A DNA stretch of 45,930 nt, taken from NCBI GenBank assembly GCA_001777655.1, contig MFER01000016.1, positions 1 through 45,930 of the forward strand. Direction: 5' to 3'. This stretch comes from Candidatus Doudnabacteria bacterium RIFCSPHIGHO2_02_FULL_43_13b. Its GTDB lineage: Bacteria; Patescibacteriota; Doudnabacteria; UBA920; O2-02-FULL-48-8. The stretch's first letter is position 1. Every line of letters starts with the position of its first letter. The notes under the pieces are model-generated. The model made no database searches. It worked only from the letters and a program-made list of their open reading frames with translations, and was not told where the DNA came from. This document shows, piece after piece, positions 36,219-45,033 of the stretch. Both the position numbers and the translations under genes were made by a program.

Positions 36219-37949
36219 ATGGACTCCAAAGAATTAAGAAATAAATTTCTCAACTTTTTCGTAGAAAAAGGACATGAAATCATTCCTTCCGCATCGTTGG
36301 TACCGGCAGATGATCCAAGTGTCCTGTTTACGACTGCTGGCATGCACCCGCTGGTTCCTTTTTTGCTTGGCGAGAAGCATCCAGCCGGCATAAGATTGGT
36401 TAGTGTCCAAAAATCCTTGCGGACCGACGATATCGATGAGGTCGGCGACAATGTCCATAATACTTTTTTCGAAATGCTCGGCAACTGGTCGCTCGGAGAT
36501 CCCGCCCGACCGGACGACCCCGGTCGTTCGGGCGGGTATTGGAAACAGGAATCGATTGCTTGGTCATACGAATTTTTGACCGACAAAAAATGGCTGGGAT
36601 TAGAAAGAGAGAAATTAAAAGTCAGCGTGTTTGCCGGAGATCAAGACGCGCCCAAGGACGAGGAGTCAGCCAAAATTTGGAAAAGTTTGGGATTTAGAGA
36701 TGACCAGATTGAATACCTGGGAAAAAAAGATAATTGGTGGGGACCGCCCGGCATAACTGGCCCGTGCGGCCCGGACACGGAAATTTTTTATAATACCGGC
36801 AAAGAATGGGTCGAGATTTGGAATAACGTCTTCATGCAGTATGAAAAAACTGCGGAAGGCAAATTTATTCCGTTGAGGCAAAAAAATGTTGATACTGGCA
36901 TGGGCATGGAGCGTACGACCGCGGTTTTGGAAGGCAAGGAATCGATCTATGATACAGAATTATTTTTACCAATCATTGAAAAGATTCGGATTCTATCAAA
37001 AGTACAAGGCCAAAAAGCGGAGCGAATTATTGCCGATCATTTGCGCGCTGCGGTGTTTTTGATTGCTGACGGCATAATACCTTCAAATAAAGATCGCGGC
37101 TATATTTTGCGGCGGTTAATTCGCCGCAGTATTACTTATGGCCAGAAGCTGGGAATTGAACAGGATTTCACCACTGATATTGCCGACGTAATTAGACATA
37201 TATATGGACGTATATATGCGGAATTAAACAATTCCAAAATCGAAGATGAGTTAAAAAAAGAGGAACTGAAGTTTCGAACTACCCTGGCTAAGGGCATGAA
37301 AATTTTAGAAAGGAAAGAGGGAATTACGGGCAAAGAAGCTTTTGATTTGTTTCAAACTTTTGGTTTCCCCTTTGAATTAACGAAAGAATTTGCTACCGTT
37401 GCAAACATCTCACAGTTTGAAGAAGAATTTAAAAAACACCAAGAGCTTTCTCGCACCGCTTCAGCCGGGCAGTTTAAGGGCGGCCTGGCTTCGCATTCCG
37501 ACAAGATTATCCGTTTGCATACAGCAACTCATCTGATGAATGCTGCTTTGCGCAAAGTTTTGGGTGAAAATGTTTGGCAAAAGGGGAGCAATATCACCGA
37601 AGAACGGACGCGGTTTGATTTTACTTTTGACCGAAAAATGACGGATGAGGAAAAAGCCGAAGTTGAAAAGCTGGTCAATGGATGGATCAAGGCAGATTTA
37701 TCGGTAAAAAGACAAAACTTGCCGTTAGAAGAGGCAAGGAAACTTGGGGCCATCGGGGTATTTGGGGAAAAGTACGCTGAGACGGTTTCGGTGTATACTA
37801 TATATGATAAGGAGAGCGGGGAAGTGATTTCCGCGGAATTCTGTGGCGGCCCGCACGTGGAGCACACCGGAGTGATCGGAATGTTTAAGCTCATAAAGGA
37901 AGAGGCAGTGGCATCAGGCCTGAGGAGAATTAAGGGTGTAATTAATTAG
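36219..37949 (+). CDS. alaS: Alanine--tRNA ligase, short form lacking the C-Ala domain, with a 12-aa in-frame palindromic insert
   Basis: LFTTAGM, TFFEMLGN, EIWNNVFMQY, DTGMGMER, HTATH, EFCGGPHV. Confidence 0.97.
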   Translation: MDSKELRNKFLNFFVEKGHEIIPSASLVPADDPSVLFTTAGMHPLVPFLLGEKHPAGIRLVSVQKSLRTDDIDEVGDNVHNTFFEMLGNWSLGDPARPDDPGRSGGYWKQESIAWSYEFLTDKKWLGLEREKLKVSVFAGDQDAPKDEESAKIWKSLGFRDDQIEYLGKKDNWWGPPGITGPCGPDTEIFYNTGKEWVEIWNNVFMQYEKTAEGKFIPLRQKNVDTGMGMERTTAVLEGKESIYDTELFLPIIEKIRILSKVQGQKAERIIADHLRAAVFLIADGIIPSNKDRGYILRRLIRRSITYGQKLGIEQDFTTDIADVIRHIYGRIYAELNNSKIEDELKKEELKFRTTLAKGMKILERKEGITGKEAFDLFQTFGFPFELTKEFATVANISQFEEEFKKHQELSRTASAGQFKGGLASHSDKIIRLHTATHLMNAALRKVLGENVWQKGSNITEERTRFDFTFDRKMTDEEKAEVEKLVNGWIKADLSVKRQNLPLEEARKLGAIGVFGEKYAETVSVYTIYDKESGEVISAEFCGGPHVEHTGVIGMFKLIKEEAVASGLRRIKGVIN

Positions 37950-38009
37950 ACTGCTTCGCTTAGTTCGCAGATGCGCATTTGCGAGGAGGCGAAGCCGACG
38001 AAGCAATCT
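37948..38009. repeat. Tail-to-head fragment of the GATTGCTTCG/GAAGCAATC element
   Basis: AGACTGCTTCG...TCGCAGATG/CATTTGCGA...CGAAGCAATCT. Confidence 0.8.
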
Positions 38010-38014
38010 ATTTT

Positions 38015-38815
38015 ATGATCAATTTAGAAAAAATTTCTGGGTTGCCGATTGAACTGACTGATGATTATCATCTGAAATTCAATCCGCCGCTAACTGATAG
38101 AGAGCCGACCATTGTACGGAAGTTTTCTGAATTGATGCCGGTCTTGATGGAACAGGGTTTAAAACCCGATTACGAAGATCGATATTTCGTCTACCGAGCG
38201 ATATCCTTGCCGGAAGACGAAGCAAAAGTCAAAAAGTATCATCTAACTTACGATGTTACGATTCTTCCACCCGGCAAGCTCGGAGCGGAGTTTAACAAAA
38301 CTGTTGGCCATTATCATGCAAATATTCCGGGCAAAAATATTGCGCACCCGGAAATATATGAAGTCCTAAACGGTCGCGCTTTGTTCGTTTTACAAAAAAT
38401 GGATGCGGAGTTTAGAAAAGTCATTTCTGTTTTAGTGATCGAGGCTGATCGCGGCCAGAAAGTTGTTTATCCGCCCAACTACGGACACGTGATTTATAAT
38501 ATAGGCCCCGATCCTGTGGTTACGGCAAATTGGTGCTCGACTAACTATAAAGCGCTCTATGAACCGGTGGCTCAATTGCACGGTTTAGCATATTTTGTCA
38601 CAGCCTCACCCCACCAGCCGTTTGATTTAGCGGCGAATAGAAATTATGGAGAAATTCCCGCCGCTCGGATGTTTACGAATAAATTTATGTCGGGTTTTTC
38701 GATCGTCGCCACTAATCGTCCGATGTATATAGAAGGAATGCTTCATCCGGATGAATTGGAATTTTTAAGCAATCCAGAAAAATACGCCGTAGAGCTTTCT
38801 TCCATTAGTTCTTGA
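38015..38815 (+). CDS. Cupin (archaeal-type) glucose-6-phosphate isomerase family protein
   Basis: YDVTILPPGKLGAEFNKTVGHYH, PEIYEVLNG, PPNYGHVIYN. Confidence 0.85.
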   Translation: MINLEKISGLPIELTDDYHLKFNPPLTDREPTIVRKFSELMPVLMEQGLKPDYEDRYFVYRAISLPEDEAKVKKYHLTYDVTILPPGKLGAEFNKTVGHYHANIPGKNIAHPEIYEVLNGRALFVLQKMDAEFRKVISVLVIEADRGQKVVYPPNYGHVIYNIGPDPVVTANWCSTNYKALYEPVAQLHGLAYFVTASPHQPFDLAANRNYGEIPAARMFTNKFMSGFSIVATNRPMYIEGMLHPDELEFLSNPEKYAVELSSISS

Positions 38816-38819
38816 TTTT

Positions 38820-40364
38820 ATGTCCCCGAAAATTATCAAACTGAATAAGTCAGACGATATCGTTTCAGTCGTCAAACAGATTCGAAAAATCAAAGATCGC
38901 GAAGTGATCTTTGAATTGGAAAAAGGTTCCACCCTGCTTCGCAGTTCGGATAATTTGAAGCTCATGAAAAGGACCGGCGAAGCTATGGGTAAGAAAATTT
39001 TGGTAACGACCGACGATGAAGTCGGGCGGGTGTTAGCCAAAAAAGCCGGGGTCCTAAATAGCGCGATTGAAGTAAAAATGCCCAAAGGAGGTTCATTGAT
39101 GCGAACCTCGCAAGACATCAAGGTCCGATTTTCTGATATTGCAAGCCGACCAATTCGCAGTGTTCAAAACCAGATTGAAACGATGCCTCTACCCAGTGTT
39201 GTGAAAGCCGTCAAAACAGCTTCCCAGCGCGTATCCTCGAAACTTACTAAAACCGTCATAATAAGTTTAATCGTGCTGGTCGCAGTTTTTTTGGCTCTGG
39301 CGGTTTTGCTTCCTCGGGCGAATATCGAAGTCTATGCTCGTTCCGAGCCCATCACCAGAGATTTGGAAATCACAGTTGATAAAACCGCGACCAACGCGGA
39401 TCCGGTTAAATTGACGGTCCCGGCGATTTTGATCAACCAAGAGGTTTCGAAAACAAAAAATTTCGAAACTTCTGGAATCAATCCGGTCGGCACGAATGCC
39501 TCCGGCGAGGTTGTGATTTATAACAACACTTCATTTACCCTGACCCTGAAGGCAGCAACCACCACGTTACTCGTTGACGGAAAAAAATACTTTTTCACCA
39601 AAGATCAATCGGGGATTCGTCCCAATGCTGCCAGCAACCCAGTCTCGATCGTGGCCGAATTGCCCGGCGAAGCGTACAATCTGTTACCGAATCAAAAATT
39701 TGAAATCATCAATACGGCTTTGGGAAATCGTGATGTCTATGGCATGAATCCCAAAACTATCAGCGGGGGAGCCGCCATCAAGACGAAAGTATTGTCCCAG
39801 AAGGATCTGGACGAAGCGCGGGAGATTTTGATCGGCGAAATATTAAAACAACTGGAAACTGATTTAAGCGATCAGCGAGGAGTTGCCGTGAAAATTCCCC
39901 GCAATGGTATCACGCTTGATGTTTTGGCTGACGCGGCCAACCAAAATGTCGGAGATGAGACAGAGAGTTTTGACATGACACTAATTATCAAAGTTGCGGG
40001 TGTGGGTTTTAGTGAAGACGATATCAAATCCGTGGCTGTCGCTAAAATTCAAGAAGTTTTGTCCGCCGATAAATATCTACTTGATGAAGCAAGCAAGCAA
40101 GTGGTGGCTGCCTATAAAACCGTGGATATCCAAAACGGTCGGGGGGTTTTGACCGTGCATTTTGAAACAGTAGCTTCTTATCAGGTGGACTCATCAAATT
40201 TAACCAAAATTTTAGCCGGCAAGACCGAGTCAGAAATCAAAGAGATCATGCTGAGCAAACCAGAGGTGGATGATGTGAAGGTAGAATTTTGGCCGTCCTG
40301 GCTGGTGCATAAAGCTCCCAGGTTGAATGGCAGAATCGAAATTGAAACCATATTGTCTGAGTAA
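38820..40364 (+). CDS. Single-TM protein with a baseplate-J-like extracytoplasmic region (tentative)
   Basis: N-terminal NLKLMKR domain, TM, then ASGEVVIYN..AELPGEAYN..ISGG pattern. Confidence 0.6.
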   Translation: MSPKIIKLNKSDDIVSVVKQIRKIKDREVIFELEKGSTLLRSSDNLKLMKRTGEAMGKKILVTTDDEVGRVLAKKAGVLNSAIEVKMPKGGSLMRTSQDIKVRFSDIASRPIRSVQNQIETMPLPSVVKAVKTASQRVSSKLTKTVIISLIVLVAVFLALAVLLPRANIEVYARSEPITRDLEITVDKTATNADPVKLTVPAILINQEVSKTKNFETSGINPVGTNASGEVVIYNNTSFTLTLKAATTTLLVDGKKYFFTKDQSGIRPNAASNPVSIVAELPGEAYNLLPNQKFEIINTALGNRDVYGMNPKTISGGAAIKTKVLSQKDLDEAREILIGEILKQLETDLSDQRGVAVKIPRNGITLDVLADAANQNVGDETESFDMTLIIKVAGVGFSEDDIKSVAVAKIQEVLSADKYLLDEASKQVVAAYKTVDIQNGRGVLTVHFETVASYQVDSSNLTKILAGKTESEIKEIMLSKPEVDDVKVEFWPSWLVHKAPRLNGRIEIETILSE

Positions 40365-40417
40365 TGGCTTAGATTAGCCAAAAATTGATCATTAAGTAGA
40401 TCTGACAAAATGAGGGT

Positions 40418-40446
40418 TTGACAAGGAGTGGTAGTTTTGTTACTAT
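40418..40446 (+). promoter_or_regulatory. Sigma70-type promoter of the infA cluster
   Basis: TTGACA-17 nt-TACTAT with TG extension. Confidence 0.75.
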
Positions 40447-40523
40447 TTTTGAGCAATTAGCTTTATATCACTTTTATTTCTACAGTAAATCCAGACTTAG
40501 GGAAGTCTAACTTACAAAAAAAT

Positions 40524-40727
40524 ATGATTGAGTTGGAGGGGAAAGTTATTGAAACTTTGCCTAATGCTGTTTTTCGTGTGCAGATTGAGTCCGGTCAAGT
40601 GATTTTGGCTCATATTGCGGGAAAATTGCGAGTGAACAAAATTCGAATTTTGCCAGGGGACAAAGTCATCGTCGAAGTGACACCATATGATTTGACTCGC
40701 GGGAGAGTGATAAGACGCTTGCGGTAA
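40524..40727 (+). CDS. infA: Translation initiation factor IF-1
   Basis: [27 protein letters not shown]. Confidence 0.97.
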   Translation: MIELEGKVIETLPNAVFRVQIESGQVILAHIAGKLRVNKIRILPGDKVIVEVTPYDLTRGRVIRRLR

Positions 40728-40728
40728 T

Positions 40729-40840
40729 ACGGTTTACGGCAGCGCCACGCGTATCGGTAACCGTTAGGCGTTAAACGGCCGTAAGAACGCAGCCGTAAGA
40801 GACGATACGCGCAGCGCAAACGAATAACGATTAACGATAA
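40729..40840 (+). repeat. Structured intergenic element, copy 1
   Basis: CGGTTTACGGCAGCGCCACGCGTATCG...CGATACGCGCAGCGCAAACGAATAACGATTAACG. Confidence 0.85.
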
Positions 40841-40844
40841 ATTT

Positions 40845-40958
40845 ATGAAAGTAAGAGCCTCAGTAAAACCGATGTGTAAGAAATGTAAAATTGTCCGCCG
40901 GCAGGGTCGGATTTATGTTATTTGTTCGAATCCTAAACACAAGCAGCGCCAAGGTTAA
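40845..40958 (+). CDS. rpmJ: 50S ribosomal protein L36 (below the ORF-track size cutoff)
   Basis: [37 protein letters not shown], translated by hand. Confidence 0.97.
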   Translation: MKVRASVKPMCKKCKIVRRQGRIYVICSNPKHKQRQG

Positions 40959-40995
40959 CTTTTGACTTTTTATTTTTAACCTTTAACTTTGAAAC

Positions 40996-41391
40996 ATGGC
41001 ACTAGTTAGAATCGCGGGCGTGACCCTCCCGCAACAAAAAAGAATCGAAGCAGCTCTCCCTTATATTTTTGGGATTGGCTGGCCGGCCAGCCAACGGATT
41101 TTAAAGGCCGTGAAAGTTGATCCGAATAAGCGCACTTCCGAACTTAACGAAAATGAAGTGGCGAAAATTCGCGAATTTATAGAAAAAAATTACACCGTGG
41201 AAGGAGCGTTGCGGCAACAGGTCACTATGAATATTAAACTTAAGAAAGAAATTGGCTCTTATCAAGGTATCCGACATATCAAGGGATTACCAGTCCGCGG
41301 GCAGCGAACCAAGACCAATTCTAGAACTCGCCGGGGTAATGTGCGAAAGACCGCCGGTTCCGGCCGCAAATCATCAGCAGAAAAGACTTAA
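40996..41391 (+). CDS. rpsM: 30S ribosomal protein S13
   Basis: RIAGV, IFGIG, GLPVRGQRTKTNSRT. Confidence 0.98.
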   Translation: MALVRIAGVTLPQQKRIEAALPYIFGIGWPASQRILKAVKVDPNKRTSELNENEVAKIREFIEKNYTVEGALRQQVTMNIKLKKEIGSYQGIRHIKGLPVRGQRTKTNSRTRRGNVRKTAGSGRKSSAEKT

Positions 41392-41472
41392 TGCGGTTTT
41401 ACGGCAGCGCCATGCGTATCGGCAAACGTCAAACGATACGCGCCGCGCCGACGAATAACAATTAACGAATAA
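41392..41472 (+). repeat. Structured intergenic element, copy 2 (shorter loop)
   Basis: CGGTTTTACGGCAGCGCCATGCGTATCG...CGATACGCGCCGCGCCGACGAATAACAATTAACG. Confidence 0.85.
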
Positions 41473-41474
41473 GT

Positions 41475-41921
41475 ATGGGACAACAAAAAGCTACCACAAT
41501 TCCCGGAGAAGCAGTTAAGGTTGGAGCCCAGACGGCGCCAGCCCCAACTTCGAAGAAGAAAAAATCGAGAATCAAAGTTGCTCGAGGCCGAATTTGCGTT
41601 GAATCAACTTATAACAATACGATTGTGACTATCACTGATGTTAACGGCAATGTAATCGGTTGGGGTTCGGCCGGTCGCACGGGATTCAAAGGATCGAAAA
41701 AATCAACTCCGTACGCCGCCCAAAAAACCATGGAGGATGCCCTGGCTCGTCTAAAAGATGTTGGCCTTACCGAAGTGGATGTATTGGTAAAAGGTATCGG
41801 TACCGGACGAGAGAGCGCGATTAGGGCTTTGCAAGGTAGTGGTCTGAATATTCTCTCAATTAAGGACCGAACCCCGATCCCGCATGGGGGCGTGCGTCCC
41901 AAGAAAGCAAGGAGAGTTTAA
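41475..41921 (+). CDS. rpsK: 30S ribosomal protein S11
   Basis: STYNNTIVT, GFKGSKKSTPYAA, TPIPHGG. Confidence 0.98.
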   Translation: MGQQKATTIPGEAVKVGAQTAPAPTSKKKKSRIKVARGRICVESTYNNTIVTITDVNGNVIGWGSAGRTGFKGSKKSTPYAAQKTMEDALARLKDVGLTEVDVLVKGIGTGRESAIRALQGSGLNILSIKDRTPIPHGGVRPKKARRV

Positions 41922-42530
41922 ATGGCTCGCTACACCGGTCCTAAAATTCGACAATCCCGCAAGTTTGGCGAAGCTTTTACGAAAAAAGCCGAAAAGTATT
42001 TGGCGAAGCGAAATTATCGCCCTGGTCAGCACGGTCAGAACCCACAGCGGATTTCAGAATTCGGTATGCAGCTGCGCGAAAAACAGAAGGCCAAAATTAT
42101 TTACGGATTAATGGAGCGACAATTTCGCAGATATTATGAAGTTGCCAGTCGAAAGGTTGGCGCGACCGGAGACGCCTTGATGCAACTTTTGGAAACCAGA
42201 CTTGATAACGTGGTTTTCAGGCTAGGGATCGGCGCGACCCGAGCTCAGGCCAGGCAGTTGGTTAGTCATGGTTTTTTTGATGTCAACGGACAGAAAGTCA
42301 ACATCCCATCATATCAACTGAAGGTTGGTGATGAGATCAAAGTGCGGGAGAGCAAAAAGAACTCGAAATATATAAAAATCCTCCAACCAAGTTTGAATAA
42401 TACAAAGACTGTGGAATGGTTGTTGTTGGACCCTAAAAATCTTTCCGGAAAACTTTTATCCAAACCGACTCGCGAACAGATTGATAGTAATTTAAATACG
42501 CAATTAATCGTCGAATATTATTCCCGTTAA
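41922..42530 (+). CDS. rpsD: 30S ribosomal protein S4
   Basis: MARYTGP, QLREKQK, LETRLDNVVFR, IVEYYSR. Confidence 0.98.
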   Translation: MARYTGPKIRQSRKFGEAFTKKAEKYLAKRNYRPGQHGQNPQRISEFGMQLREKQKAKIIYGLMERQFRRYYEVASRKVGATGDALMQLLETRLDNVVFRLGIGATRAQARQLVSHGFFDVNGQKVNIPSYQLKVGDEIKVRESKKNSKYIKILQPSLNNTKTVEWLLLDPKNLSGKLLSKPTREQIDSNLNTQLIVEYYSR

Positions 42531-42559
42531 TTTTAATCATTAATCTTTAATCTAATTTT

Positions 42560-43489
42560 ATGGAAAACATAGCGCTCCCGAATAAAATTTCATTTCAAGA
42601 CCTAGGTTCGAATAAATATAAAGTGATTATGGAGCCGCTTTATCCAGGCTATGGTGTTACGCTTGCCAACAGTCTTCGCCGCGTTTTGCTTTCTTCCTTG
42701 CCTGGGGCCGCGGTTGTGGCGGTTAAAATCAAGGCTGTGGATCATGAGTTTTCCACGATTCCGAACGTCAAAGAAGATGTGATTGAGATTATTCTTAATT
42801 TAAAGCAGCTGCGCATGAAAATTCATACTGACGCAACGGTCAAACTGGAACTGAAAGTGAAAGGTGAAAAGCAGGTAACCGGCGCTGATTTTAAGAAAAA
42901 TTCGGACGTGGAAATCGTCAATCCAGATATGCATATCGCGACCTTGGATAACAAATCGGCGGAGCTGGACATGGAAGTGACTGTGGCCAGAGGCCGAGGT
43001 TACGTTCCGGTCGAGCAACGGGAACATGAGAAATTAGAAATCGGAACGATTGCCGTGGACGCAATTTACACTCCGATTCGGATGGTTAATTATGAGATTA
43101 ATAACGTCCGGGTTGGTCAAATCACCAACTATGACGAATTGATTTTAACTTTAGAGACTGACGGCACCATCAACGGTCAAGATGCAATTGATCAAGCTGC
43201 AAAGATTTTAGTCGATCATTTCAATTTGTTCAGCAAAGATCAACTGAGTCAAACCCAAGAGCCGGTTTTAGACGCGGCCAAAGAAGAGGGAATCAAAACG
43301 CCGGAAGAGGACGATCTCAAATCCTTGGGTCTGTCGAACCGATCTTACAACGCGCTGATCAAAAATAACATTACGACCATTTCACAAGTAGCCGGCTTAA
43401 CCCATGACCAACTGATGACCACTGATGGCTTGGGTGCCAAATCAGTCGAAGAAATAGAGCGATTACTAGCAGGGTATTTAGGGAAATAA
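42560..43489 (+). CDS. rpoA: RNA polymerase alpha subunit
   Basis: EPLYPGYGVTLANSLRRVLLSSLPG, HEFSTI, GRGYVP, LSNRSYNAL. Confidence 0.98.
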   Translation: MENIALPNKISFQDLGSNKYKVIMEPLYPGYGVTLANSLRRVLLSSLPGAAVVAVKIKAVDHEFSTIPNVKEDVIEIILNLKQLRMKIHTDATVKLELKVKGEKQVTGADFKKNSDVEIVNPDMHIATLDNKSAELDMEVTVARGRGYVPVEQREHEKLEIGTIAVDAIYTPIRMVNYEINNVRVGQITNYDELILTLETDGTINGQDAIDQAAKILVDHFNLFSKDQLSQTQEPVLDAAKEEGIKTPEEDDLKSLGLSNRSYNALIKNNITTISQVAGLTHDQLMTTDGLGAKSVEEIERLLAGYLGK

Positions 43490-43523
43490 TTTCTAATTGA
43501 CCTAATTGATCTAATTTCTAAAA

Positions 43524-43868
43524 ATGAGACATCGAAAGAAGCAGAAAATTGGCAAAGGTAGAGATCACAAAAGGAAACTTTTGCGGGCTTTGGCTGCTTC
43601 AGCGATTGTTTACGAAAAAATCCAAACCACGGCCGCCCGCGCTAAGGTTACCCGTTCTTTGGTTGAAAAATTGATCACCAAAGGCAAAAACGACAGTCTG
43701 CATTCTAAGCGTCAGATTTTCTCAGCACTGCCAATCAATGCCGCACGTAAGGTCATCGAAGTGTTAGGACCACGTTATAAAACCCGCCCCGGAGGATATA
43801 CTCGGATTGTGCGAATTGGCAAATATAAAGATGGTATGCCAAAAGTAATGCTGGAGCTAGTCGAGTAG
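43524..43868 (+). CDS. rplQ: 50S ribosomal protein L17
   Basis: MRHRK, EKIQTTAARAK, RPGGYTRI. Confidence 0.97.
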   Translation: MRHRKKQKIGKGRDHKRKLLRALAASAIVYEKIQTTAARAKVTRSLVEKLITKGKNDSLHSKRQIFSALPINAARKVIEVLGPRYKTRPGGYTRIVRIGKYKDGMPKVMLELVE

Positions 43869-43931
43869 GATATAGGGGATAGGTTATAGAAAAATCTATA
43901 ACCTAAAACCTACAACCTATAACCTAAATCC
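43866..43931. repeat. Inverted arrays of 7-mer TATAACC-like units
   Basis: TAGGATATAGGGGATAGGTTATAG-AAAAAT-CTATAACCTAAAACCTACAACCTATAACCTA. Confidence 0.85.
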
Positions 43932-44351
43932 ATGAAAACATTTATTCCAAAAACGAAAGATATCAAAAGAGCCTGGTACGAAGCCGACGCGTCGAAGTTT
44001 ACTTTGGGTCGGTTGGCTTCGAAAGCGGCTTCAATTCTTCGTGGTAAGCACAAAGTAACATTTACCCCTCACATGGATGTGGGAGATTTCGTGATTGTAA
44101 AAAACGCAGAATTGATCAGATTTACCGGACGCAAATTGGCGCAGAAGAAGTATTACCGATTTTCTGGTTACCCGGGCGGATTATATACCAAGAAACTTTC
44201 TGATCGAATGAAAACCGAACCGGACAAAGTTATCCGCGACGCGGTTTACAACATGCTGGATAAAAATCGGTTACGCAAACATATTTTAAGACGACTGAAA
44301 GTGGTGGTCGGTGACAAACACCAGTTTCAGGTGGATAAGGAACTTTTATAA
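43932..44351 (+). CDS. rplM: 50S ribosomal protein L13
   Basis: LGRLAS..LRGKHK..PHMDVGD, SGYPGGL. Confidence 0.98.
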   Translation: MKTFIPKTKDIKRAWYEADASKFTLGRLASKAASILRGKHKVTFTPHMDVGDFVIVKNAELIRFTGRKLAQKKYYRFSGYPGGLYTKKLSDRMKTEPDKVIRDAVYNMLDKNRLRKHILRRLKVVVGDKHQFQVDKELL

Positions 44352-44845
44352 TGGAAGCGATACCTAAAAAAATAGCGAAGAAAACCGTGCACAAAAAAGC
44401 AACAATCAAAGCGGCCAAAACCACCAAGCCTGCCGTTGAAACTCCGAAGGTTGCTCACGCTAAGCATTTTTACGCGGTCGGTCGCAGAAAAACCGCAGTG
44501 GCTCAAGCAACTCTCAGCTCTGGAGACGGGACCATCACCGTGAATCAATTGCCGCTGGAAGGTTATTTTATGACGGCTAGCTTGCAGCACATCGTCAAGC
44601 AACCACTGGCGACCTTAGGTCAAGAAAAGAAACTGAATGTTAGAGCGAAAGTTCATGGTGGCGGCATCCATGCTCAAGCCGAAGGTTTACGGCATGCGAT
44701 CGCCCGCGCCATCATTGCCCTGGATCCTGAATCTCGAAGAACTTTGAAAAAACTAGGCTTTTTGACTCGCGACCCGCGGGTGAAAGAACGAAAGAAACCA
44801 GGGTTGAAACGAGCCCGCCGCGCCCCACAGTTTTCCAAGCGATAA
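44351..44845 (+). CDS. rpsI: 30S ribosomal protein S9 with Lys-rich N-terminal extension
   Basis: GRRKTAVA, GGG, TRDPRVKERKKPGL, QFSKR. Confidence 0.98.
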   Translation: MEAIPKKIAKKTVHKKATIKAAKTTKPAVETPKVAHAKHFYAVGRRKTAVAQATLSSGDGTITVNQLPLEGYFMTASLQHIVKQPLATLGQEKKLNVRAKVHGGGIHAQAEGLRHAIARAIIALDPESRRTLKKLGFLTRDPRVKERKKPGLKRARRAPQFSKR

Positions 44846-44908
44846 AGAGCTGACATTATAAAAATACTTATACCAATCAAGTCCTTGGTTCGATATAAAG
44901 CATAAGGT

Positions 44909-44941
44909 AAAGCTCTGTTCATTTGGGGGACAGAGCTTTTT
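44909..44941 (+). terminator. Intrinsic terminator after rpsI
   Basis: AAAGCTCTGTTC-loop-GGACAGAGCTTTTT. Confidence 0.75.
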
Positions 44942-45033
44942 GCTTATCATAATACCTCGATTTATATCCAGTTTTCATCTGTCATTTGCTGCCAATATTT
45001 TTGCCAAAATAAATTTAATAGTCTCAGTCCTAG

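Noticed and set aside
37979-38014. N-terminal extension MRGGEADEAIYF of the isomerase
   Set aside because: It is translated palindromic repeat; ATG 38015 is more plausible.
36219-38815. Short AlaRS and cupin-type isomerase as novelties
   Set aside because: Both are recognised variants in reduced genomes and are listed only as features.
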